Positions 9,543 to 16,720 of a stretch of 24,000 nucleotides of DNA are shown here, one piece after another (position 1 is the first letter of the stretch; the number at the start of each line of letters is the position of its first letter). The DNA comes from Photobacterium phage PDCC-1. The stretch is from the sequence record MN562221.1; one strand, given 5' to 3'. The notes under the pieces are model-generated. The model was given only the letters and a program-made list of their open reading frames with translations. It was not told the origin of the DNA and ran no database searches. Both the position numbers and the translations under genes were made by a program.

Positions 9543-10036
9543 GTGATCTAAGAAACCATTACGTTCGAGATTGGCTAACCAACGATGAAGGAGCGCTATG
9601 TTGCGCCGAATTCTTTATTAGTGAGTCTTACAAAGGGAGGTTCATTAATGTAGGTTACTCCATCAAAAACCGAAATGTCGCCTCCGTATTTTGTATGTTG
9701 GATGTTGACAACACACTGAATCAAGAACTCAACCGCCACATCCAACATGTCACCGAACTCATTGGTGTACTAGATAAAGTTCATGAGTTCATCACCACTT
9801 CGAGTAGTGAAGGGAGTCGACAACGATCTTGGGCGGTCCCACATCGAGATATCCACGATCAAGTGACTATTTCTATCCAACACCATTTTAAGAACTCTTT
9901 TAAAATGATCATACAAATAGGGACTTCTACCACGTATTTTTCTATGGAAGATGAAGAGATGGTGGATGTACTTTTAACATTGACAGACTTGGCGAAACAA
10001 CATAACAAGGCATTGGGTAAATTGGTGGCGTCATGA
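9539..10036 (+). CDS. Hypothetical protein, 165 aa
   Basis: ATGA overlap with the upstream gene. Confidence 0.65.
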   Translation: MSDLRNHYVRDWLTNDEGALCCAEFFISESYKGRFINVGYSIKNRNVASVFCMLDVDNTLNQELNRHIQHVTELIGVLDKVHEFITTSSSEGSRQRSWAVPHRDIHDQVTISIQHHFKNSFKMIIQIGTSTTYFSMEDEEMVDVLLTLTDLAKQHNKALGKLVAS

Positions 10037-10539
10037 AAAAGATCGGAAGAAGAGAGTTCTTGAGCGACAAAGGGTTGAGTATGGTCGCCTACAGTTGTTC
10101 GGTCAATGACAACAATTTGTTGAAGATGTATTTTACCATCTATCTAAATAAAACGGACGTCACTTTACATCGTGAAGTGTCATTGAAAGAATACCCGCTT
10201 CGAGAACTCAACATCGAGTCGGCGTTCAACAAAATAGAGCGCCTCATCAAAACTTTACAGGAGTACGTAAAACACTTACAAGACGGTGGAGTTGTAAATG
10301 ATCACCGCCCGGTCGGGTTATTAGTTGAACCTGATACCGGAGACTACGTAGGAGAAACCAGTACAGTTCATTTATGGGCTAATGGGGAACAGGTCGTTTT
10401 TAGCTTAACTAGTTGTGAAAAGAAACTAAGGACTACCTTGGATCGAGAACCTACGATAGAACTACTGACAACACTCATCGGACACTTATGGTGTCACTTA
10501 AACGATGCGAAAACGATAACACAGAATGCACTAAAATAA
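10033..10539 (+). CDS. Hypothetical protein, 168 aa
   Basis: ATGA overlap with the upstream gene. Confidence 0.65.
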   Translation: MKKIGRREFLSDKGLSMVAYSCSVNDNNLLKMYFTIYLNKTDVTLHREVSLKEYPLRELNIESAFNKIERLIKTLQEYVKHLQDGGVVNDHRPVGLLVEPDTGDYVGETSTVHLWANGEQVVFSLTSCEKKLRTTLDREPTIELLTTLIGHLWCHLNDAKTITQNALK

Positions 10540-10553
10540 ACAAGGATTCCACC

Positions 10554-10958
10554 ATGACTAAATATCGCACTCTCATAGACCATTACCGAGGCGTGTTAGG
10601 TTTAAGTCAAAAACTTAAACCTGTTGACATTAACCGCACCTCCCTCCACATCACCAACTTGGGCATCAAAGACCAAGAGACGAAAGCGTTGTTTACCGTC
10701 GCTTATTTCCACCTCAAAATTCACACCCGTTTCGATGACAGAAAATCTCAAGTCACCGCATACACTTTATCCGAAGGCGTGCGATTATTGGGAGCGGGTT
10801 ACGACAAAGAAACCGTCACAATGGAAATGATCGCTATGCCGAGTAAGTTCTACGACAATGAAGAGATCATCGTCAACGTAGCGGATGTGGCATTAGACTA
10901 CCTGGAACGCATGATAGGTTCTGTGGAAGAAGCATTAAAAGAGCGAGTCATGGCATGA
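10554..10958 (+). CDS. Hypothetical protein, about 134 aa
   Basis: The ORF track starts at 10488 inside the preceding gene. ATG 10554 has AAGGA SD and yields MTKYRTLIDHYRGVLG. Confidence 0.65.
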   Translation: MTKYRTLIDHYRGVLGLSQKLKPVDINRTSLHITNLGIKDQETKALFTVAYFHLKIHTRFDDRKSQVTAYTLSEGVRLLGAGYDKETVTMEMIAMPSKFYDNEEIIVNVADVALDYLERMIGSVEEALKERVMA

Positions 10959-11404
10959 AGATCTTGAATAAGACTTATCTGTACTTCGTTAGTTTGTTTT
11001 ACAATATCTTCTATCGTATCAACCCAGAACAAGAAGTGTTTGTTGGTTATCTAACTCACTATCTCTCTAGACTTGGTTTTGACAATGTCCACTTGTTTTT
11101 AAACAACGAACGAGTCCAGCGTCAAACCGAGTTTTTAAACTACCATAACTATAAACAGAATTACCAGGGAGCTGTGTTCATTGCTGGATGTTGTTATGCC
11201 GAGTTTAACCTCGGTTTTAAACACCATCATCAGTGCTTGGCATTTGGTCAAACGTTGTCGGACGTTTTTAAACATCGTCATCAATTTGAAGAAAAGCCAA
11301 GGAGCGTGGTGATTGCCGAATCCTTAGAGCGAATGGGGGTAACTGAAACCGTTGAACTCTCAAGAGCACTCAATAAGGCTATCGACAAAATCTTAACTTA
11401 CTGA
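10955..11404 (+). CDS. Hypothetical protein, 149 aa
   Basis: ATGA overlap with the upstream gene. Confidence 0.65.
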   Translation: MKILNKTYLYFVSLFYNIFYRINPEQEVFVGYLTHYLSRLGFDNVHLFLNNERVQRQTEFLNYHNYKQNYQGAVFIAGCCYAEFNLGFKHHHQCLAFGQTLSDVFKHRHQFEEKPRSVVIAESLERMGVTETVELSRALNKAIDKILTY

Positions 11405-11416
11405 ACAGGAACTATT

Positions 11417-11749
11417 ATGCTGAAGGAAATCATTCAAGCTTTCTCTGACAAAATGGAAGAGAACGGACCTATTGATCCGAACCAACACCAAGACGACACT
11501 ATCCTTGTTTTAGGACTTCAGACCACATTACCGCACGAGTGCTTACACCCCAACGGCCATTTCCTTAACTTGATGGCTTGTGCGTTATCTGGACAACTGC
11601 TTGCTCTCAAAGCACTTACTAAGAGTGAAACCAATATCCTCAACGTTCTGCATTACATCGACTACTTGCACGAGACAACGCTTTACGGATACGTGGATGT
11701 ATCTGAGATAGAAGAGTTGAAAGATCAAATCATCTCGGTTACTTTTTAA
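11417..11749 (+). CDS. Hypothetical protein, 110 aa
   Basis: ORF 12 nt after the previous stop with ACAGGAAC SD; followed by a hairpin. Confidence 0.65.
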   Translation: MLKEIIQAFSDKMEENGPIDPNQHQDDTILVLGLQTTLPHECLHPNGHFLNLMACALSGQLLALKALTKSETNILNVLHYIDYLHETTLYGYVDVSEIEELKDQIISVTF

Positions 11750-11759
11750 CATTTAAAAT

Positions 11760-11790
11760 AACTTACACCCATATTACTTGGGTGTAAGTT
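11760..11790 (+). terminator. Rho-independent-like terminator
   Basis: AACTTACACCC-atattactt-GGGTGTAAGTT, 11-bp perfect stem, then an AT-rich stretch. Confidence 0.7.
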
Positions 11791-11829
11791 CACTCTTAAT
11801 ATTTAATAAACCTTTATAGAGGAAACATC

Positions 11830-12018
11830 ATGAAAGACGTTAACCACCTACTAGCTGCGCTTGACATCAACCTTAACTTCAATCTACCTGAAACTAATGT
11901 CCAAGAGATCATGTGCAAAGTTTGTCCTAACCTAGCCTTACAGCTACTTAAGAAAAGAAATGAAATTCTTAAAGAGTCTCTGCAACTACACTGTATCTTT
12001 AGAGTTGGAAATGGTTGA
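11830..12018 (+). CDS. Small hypothetical protein, 62 aa
   Basis: Strong SD AGAGGAAAC before ATG, overlaps the next gene start by 8 nt. Confidence 0.6.
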   Translation: MKDVNHLLAALDINLNFNLPETNVQEIMCKVCPNLALQLLKKRNEILKESLQLHCIFRVGNG

Positions 12019-13693
12019 CGCACTTAACTTGTTGCAAAACAGTACCGGCTTCTTCAATAGAAATTTCAACCACAACATCATCTCTGCACCACTTGCGTTT
12101 GGCGAGACTTACTACAACAAGTGTGTTCGTACTTTATCCACTTTAACCCAGGTACCACCGCCGGTATCAGAAACCTTCATGCATTGGTTGGTGTTAGGTG
12201 AAACAGTTAACAAAACGTTGCCGAGCAACGTCTACTCTAATTTTGAGTATGCATGTTCATCCATTGGGTTAGGGGAAAGTTTCAAAGCTGTCTTCACTCC
12301 TGATGTTACTAATTCATCATTTGATGCGAAGAAAATTACAGCACTTGACCTCACTAATTGTCTCAATCAAACGTCAGTGAGTCATGGTTCCGTGCAAGCT
12401 GCTCAATTAGCTGAATTTGGAATGAGAGTCACGAACTTAATAAGTGCCCCAATTCCATTTGGGACTCGTGCTTTGGACTTAAGTGATCCAACACCGTTGT
12501 ACGAATTGGTTCTAAAGCATCTAGGTAAATTAAGTGGAGTTAAGTACGAACCTAAGTTGATTAGTTTAACCAACTTATTGTTGCTTGGCGAAATACCTAA
12601 AGAACCTATCCTCCTAGAACCGAAAAATTACCAAAAGTTACTTTCTAATTTTGGTGCGCAGTATTCGAACATGGAGACTTACGCTTTAATCCAAACCTAC
12701 GTAAGACCGGCTAGTACTTCTCCAAACATCGCTCAGCTATTAGGATGTGCGGGAACGTCAAATAGACCGTCGTTCTGTTTGCAAAGTATAGAACATGCTT
12801 TCAACACAGTTGCGGAGGAAAAGTTCTCTCGTAAGGAAGCAAGACTGTTGTCAAGACTTTACTCCGACTTCCACACTCGTGAACCAGAGTACATCGTTAC
12901 TCATTACGAATTGGAAGATTTCATGAAGCTAGACTGTTACATCCGTTCTCTGCTCCAAAAATACCACGGTACATTTGGTGGTGTGTTGAAAGGGGTGACT
13001 GCTTGGCACGAGATTCGTGGGAAGTTAAACGAAAAGGCTGATATGGAAATGAAAGAGAAAACCGATACACCTTTAGCTAAGTTGATGACCAAGTCTCGCT
13101 TACAAGCAGAGGCAGTCATCGCCGAAACAACACCTTTCTTATTTGAAGATCGTCAACTTACTTCAGAAGAAATTAATGAAGTTCTTAGTCAAGCGGAACA
13201 CGAGACTTATCTCCTAGCATTGTTAGCGTTAGAAAACCAAATCGACTTAGAAGGTGTTTTTGATAACCCTGATGAAATCACATCTCTAACCGTTAATAAA
13301 ACTCAGTCATCGCAAACCTCCCTACCGGAACCGGAAATAACGGACACACCGCTTCAAATCAAATTGGAAAAACCTTCCGATGAAGTAAAGGTTGTGAAGT
13401 ATGTTTTGGACCGACTAAACGATAAACTCAAATATCAAGGGGGTGATCTGGATAATGTGCTCCAACAGTACTTCGCAACTCGTCCGGTCTCCATCGATAC
13501 GGTTATTCGTTGTTTGGCCCTGCTTCCTAAATCCGTTGACACCTCAGGGTTAAGTGAGGAGATCAAAACCACTTACGAAGGACTGATCGCAGGTAAAGGT
13601 ACAATGCAAATAGAAAGCTTCCCATCCCTGGGTCAATCTATTGCAGAAGCTATTTACTTAGCGTTAAACCCTTTGGAATTTGCTGGATGGTAA
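12011..13693 (+). CDS. Hypothetical protein, about 560 aa
   Basis: Long ORF. The tool start at 11960 lies within the 62-aa ORF, and ATG 12011 (MVDALNLLQNSTGFF) is the more parsimonious start. Confidence 0.65.
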   Translation: MVDALNLLQNSTGFFNRNFNHNIISAPLAFGETYYNKCVRTLSTLTQVPPPVSETFMHWLVLGETVNKTLPSNVYSNFEYACSSIGLGESFKAVFTPDVTNSSFDAKKITALDLTNCLNQTSVSHGSVQAAQLAEFGMRVTNLISAPIPFGTRALDLSDPTPLYELVLKHLGKLSGVKYEPKLISLTNLLLLGEIPKEPILLEPKNYQKLLSNFGAQYSNMETYALIQTYVRPASTSPNIAQLLGCAGTSNRPSFCLQSIEHAFNTVAEEKFSRKEARLLSRLYSDFHTREPEYIVTHYELEDFMKLDCYIRSLLQKYHGTFGGVLKGVTAWHEIRGKLNEKADMEMKEKTDTPLAKLMTKSRLQAEAVIAETTPFLFEDRQLTSEEINEVLSQAEHETYLLALLALENQIDLEGVFDNPDEITSLTVNKTQSSQTSLPEPEITDTPLQIKLEKPSDEVKVVKYVLDRLNDKLKYQGGDLDNVLQQYFATRPVSIDTVIRCLALLPKSVDTSGLSEEIKTTYEGLIAGKGTMQIESFPSLGQSIAEAIYLALNPLEFAGW

Positions 13694-13694
13694 G

Positions 13695-14042
13695 ATGTCT
13701 CTTGTAGATGAAATACAATCTCCCTTCTTTAGGGAGTTGTGTCAATACCTTAACCAACTCACTTACACGTTGGATGATTTTGAAGATCCTTATCTTTATC
13801 AAAACCTCCAACAAGAATTAACGCGTGAACTCTTTCGTATATTGAAACCACACGTTATATCTCGTCCAGACATTCGGGAGAAATACCGGCAAGCTGATTT
13901 AAGGGTACATCTCTTCCTAACGCCCCATGAGGTTCGCTACTGCGTAAAACCAGTAGTAGTTGACCTAGCGTGGGACTTAATGGAAGAAACCTTACCAGAG
14001 CCCGTAGAGAACCCGATGCCGTCGGACAAACTACCATTTTAA
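13695..14042 (+). CDS. Hypothetical protein, 115 aa
   Basis: ATG 13695, 1 nt after the upstream stop. The TTG 13680 start in the ORF track is less likely. Confidence 0.6.
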   Translation: MSLVDEIQSPFFRELCQYLNQLTYTLDDFEDPYLYQNLQQELTRELFRILKPHVISRPDIREKYRQADLRVHLFLTPHEVRYCVKPVVVDLAWDLMEETLPEPVENPMPSDKLPF

Positions 14043-14055
14043 CATTTAACTAAAA

Positions 14056-14085
14056 ACACTACCTGGTCGTAAGACTGGGTAGTGT
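14056..14085 (+). terminator. Hairpin, terminator-like
   Basis: ACACTACCTGGTC-GTAA-GACTGGGTAGTGT, 13-bp stem with two wobbles, no clear U-tract. Confidence 0.55.
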
Positions 14086-14103
14086 AATTATAAGGAGGGT
14101 AAT

Positions 14104-14409
14104 TTGAACGTACCTGCTGTCTTAGGTGCTATGTTTGGTACCGCTATTACTGGGGCTACAACAGAAGACCTGAAAATGACTTTACTAGGTGCGGCTACGG
14201 GAGCAATCACCGTGGGTATATTGGACTCTACTCGTGATGAAGACAAACCTTCATTAGGGACTAGAGATTTTTGTACATCAGCATGTGCTTCTATTTGGCC
14301 TGTGCTGATCTACGAAAAACCTCAGGAATATATTCCTTACTACTTTGAAGAAGATGAACAATTTACGGGTGACGATATCTTAGATATGCCATTAACATTT
14401 GATCATTAG
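14104..14409 (+). CDS. Small glycine/alanine-rich membrane-like protein, TTG start
   Basis: Perfect AAGGAGG SD upstream of TTG. VLGAMFGTAITG and LLGAATGAITVGIL resemble glycine-zipper or transmembrane segments. Confidence 0.6.
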   Translation: MNVPAVLGAMFGTAITGATTEDLKMTLLGAATGAITVGILDSTRDEDKPSLGTRDFCTSACASIWPVLIYEKPQEYIPYYFEEDEQFTGDDILDMPLTFDH

Positions 14410-14415
14410 CAATTA

Positions 14416-14449
14416 TAACTCCTACCTCCCATTTGGGAGGTAGGAGTTA
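14416..14449. terminator. Terminator between convergent genes
   Basis: TAACTCCTACCTCCC-ATTT-GGGAGGTAGGAGTTA, 15-bp perfect stem between the + strand gene ending at 14409 and the - strand gene ending at 14471. A T-run follows on + at about 14458-14469. Confidence 0.85.
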
Positions 14450-14470
14450 CTCACTCATTTATTTTTTTTG

Positions 14471-16009
14471 TTATGCATCGAAATCGTCGAACTCATTACC
14501 GTCATCATCGAGTTGGACTTTAAACGAACGGCGACACTGGTTCTTACCATTTATGTCATGAACTAAGCCTTTGGTCGGGTCGAGGTCATAAATGCCGAAG
14601 CGATCACTCATTGGAGAACCTTCACCACCTCGCGCTTTACCTAAGGACCATGTGAAGTACGCTCTATCTCCACCCGGTTTAGCAACGTGGAATGTGAACT
14701 CGTAATCTACTTCGTTGGTAATCTTCGTAGAAGTCTCGGTCATGGATTTGCCACCGACTTCACGGGCGAAGTAAAGTTCAGATTCATCATCTGCTTCACG
14801 GAGATGTTTCTTTGCTTCTGGTGATAACTGGTGGGGAGTCACAAAAGCGATACCCCGGTTTACCATAAAGGCACGAGTCCGACGATATAAGTCTTGTAAC
14901 TTATCGCCTTTAGTTTCACCCGTCATCCCCTTTAAGTCAGCCATCGCCAAATAGTCGTAAGCATAGAAAATGATCTCATGACCTTTCATCTCTAACTTAC
15001 GGATACGGTCTGTGATGTTGTAGTAGTTATCTTCCGTTGGGTTAACACGGTTGATTTTCAACACCCAACCGTTCTCAGCAAAAGCGTCGATGATAACTTT
15101 AGCGATATCCGCAGCCGGTGTAGAAGTGAAGTCCCCAACTTCACCAGTCTTGTTTACCATGATCAGTTTGTAGATACGTTCAATGATAACGTCCAACGCA
15201 TCTTCTGCTGAATCCAATAATACGGTCGGTATACGACTTCGGTCACGCAACATCGGTTTGTTGTATAAACCAACAGACGCCACTACATGACCTAGACCAA
15301 ATGACTTACCACGGTTAGTCAGGGCGTTAATCAAGTAGAACTTACCACGACGTAATCCACAGTCCGGATACAACGCACGGTTCATACCTTGCAAGCCTAA
15401 TTTAAGTACACCCTCTGCGGAGGATTCTTCTTTGGCTCGTTCAATGATTTTAGTGAAAGAGTCTGGGTCATCAGTATCAACGGACTCCACCAGTGAAGGG
15501 TCTTTATCCCCTAACATCTTTTGAGTCAATTGATCTTCAATCATGTCGGCTAATGCTGCCCACTTCTCTTTGGTCATCTTAGATGGATCACCGAAGAAAG
15601 GTTCTTTGATTGCTTCTTTAAAATCCAGACCAAACTTTTCGTCTGCTCGTGCTTTACGGATTTCTTTGATGTGCTGGTAGATGACCTGTCGGGTGCGTTC
15701 TTCTGATGGGTAATCTTCCAGACCGTATTCGATACTGGATTTTAATTCTGGAGCTTCTTTAGAGAAATCAAGCACACGCTGCATTAAGTTTGATTTTATG
15801 ACCGGTTCGTCTTTTGGCTGGTCCAGAACCCACTTAATGGTGTCCCTGATTGAAACCTCTATCTTTTTGTCTTGGGTAAAAACGTCGCCCTTTGCTTCTG
15901 GTATGAGCGCCAAGGTATCGAGTAATTCTTGTGTCAAAGATTCGTCGGTCAGCTTACTCGCTTGATAGAGAGACGTTAGTATCTTGACTAATTGTAACAG
16001 CGGACTCAT
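14471..16009 (-). CDS. DnaB/SF4-like replicative helicase (RecA-fold ATPase)
   Basis: Walker A-like ALTNRGKS, Walker B/DnaB-like IIFYAYDYLAMADL, and downstream FVTPHQLSPEA resembling the DnaB-type sensor region. SD TTGGAG upstream on the minus strand. Confidence 0.7.
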   Translation of the reverse strand: MSPLLQLVKILTSLYQASKLTDESLTQELLDTLALIPEAKGDVFTQDKKIEVSIRDTIKWVLDQPKDEPVIKSNLMQRVLDFSKEAPELKSSIEYGLEDYPSEERTRQVIYQHIKEIRKARADEKFGLDFKEAIKEPFFGDPSKMTKEKWAALADMIEDQLTQKMLGDKDPSLVESVDTDDPDSFTKIIERAKEESSAEGVLKLGLQGMNRALYPDCGLRRGKFYLINALTNRGKSFGLGHVVASVGLYNKPMLRDRSRIPTVLLDSAEDALDVIIERIYKLIMVNKTGEVGDFTSTPAADIAKVIIDAFAENGWVLKINRVNPTEDNYYNITDRIRKLEMKGHEIIFYAYDYLAMADLKGMTGETKGDKLQDLYRRTRAFMVNRGIAFVTPHQLSPEAKKHLREADDESELYFAREVGGKSMTETSTKITNEVDYEFTFHVAKPGGDRAYFTWSLGKARGGEGSPMSDRFGIYDLDPTKGLVHDINGKNQCRRSFKVQLDDDGNEFDDFDA

Positions 16010-16054
16010 AAATGCTCCAATTTAATGTATATCTTTAAAGGTTAAAGGTTGAAT

Positions 16055-16621
16055 ATGAAATTTGTGAATAGTGGTCTGTCCGCACCTAAAAAGGTTTGGG
16101 TGTTAACCGACCAACAGTTACTAAGTTTAGATGCAGCAGGTATAGGATTTGACCGTTTGTCAGAACTTCCTACTTTACTTGATAAGTTGCCTGAGCAAGA
16201 TGTTATCGACATTGCATTAACTCAATACCGAGTCGGTTTGAAGTTTGGTGTGGACGTTGGAAACGTGTTCGAACAATTTAATGATGACTATAAAGATATC
16301 CTGCTCAGTAAAATTAAAACCGAACAGAAACGTCTTTCTAAGGTACAACATCTTACGGAATTGAAGAACTACAGTAAATTCTATGTACATAACACTAATG
16401 AATTATTGGTGTTGGTCATCACAGACGCTGAAGTGTCTATGAATTATATTAGTGGACTATGTGCTTCGTTCACTGAGCTACATGTGCAGTCGTTTACCGA
16501 AAGCATGTTGAAAGCATTGTATCAAACTTACGGTTACACCTACCTTCATCATAAAGAGTGTTGCCGCAATTTGATAGATGGAGAGTTCAACTTGGCTAAG
16601 GTTTACCAAGCATTGGTCTAG
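16055..16621 (+). CDS. Hypothetical protein, 188 aa
   Basis: ATG 16055 with AAAGG upstream, 2 codons inside the TTG 16049 ORF start. Located directly upstream of the MCP gene. Confidence 0.65.
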   Translation: MKFVNSGLSAPKKVWVLTDQQLLSLDAAGIGFDRLSELPTLLDKLPEQDVIDIALTQYRVGLKFGVDVGNVFEQFNDDYKDILLSKIKTEQKRLSKVQHLTELKNYSKFYVHNTNELLVLVITDAEVSMNYISGLCASFTELHVQSFTESMLKALYQTYGYTYLHHKECCRNLIDGEFNLAKVYQALV

Positions 16622-16656
16622 TGTGTTGTAACATTCTATGTGCAACAGAAAAGCAC

Positions 16657-16672
16657 AAACAAATATTTGTTT
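16657..16672. promoter_or_regulatory. 16-bp perfect palindrome in the capsid gene leader, adjacent to a TATG sequence
   Basis: AAACAAATATTTGTTT followed immediately by ATG within TTTATG. Confidence 0.35.
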
Positions 16673-16720
16673 ATGTTTATCATTAAAATTAATACATTTT
16701 TTCGATAAAGGAAAAGAGTA

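Noticed and set aside
10624-10830. Plus-strand 68-aa nested ORF
   Set aside because: Alternative frame inside the 10554-10958 gene.
12937-14037. Minus-strand ORFs 12937-13119 and 13855-14037
   Set aside because: Shadow ORFs of coding regions on the plus strand.
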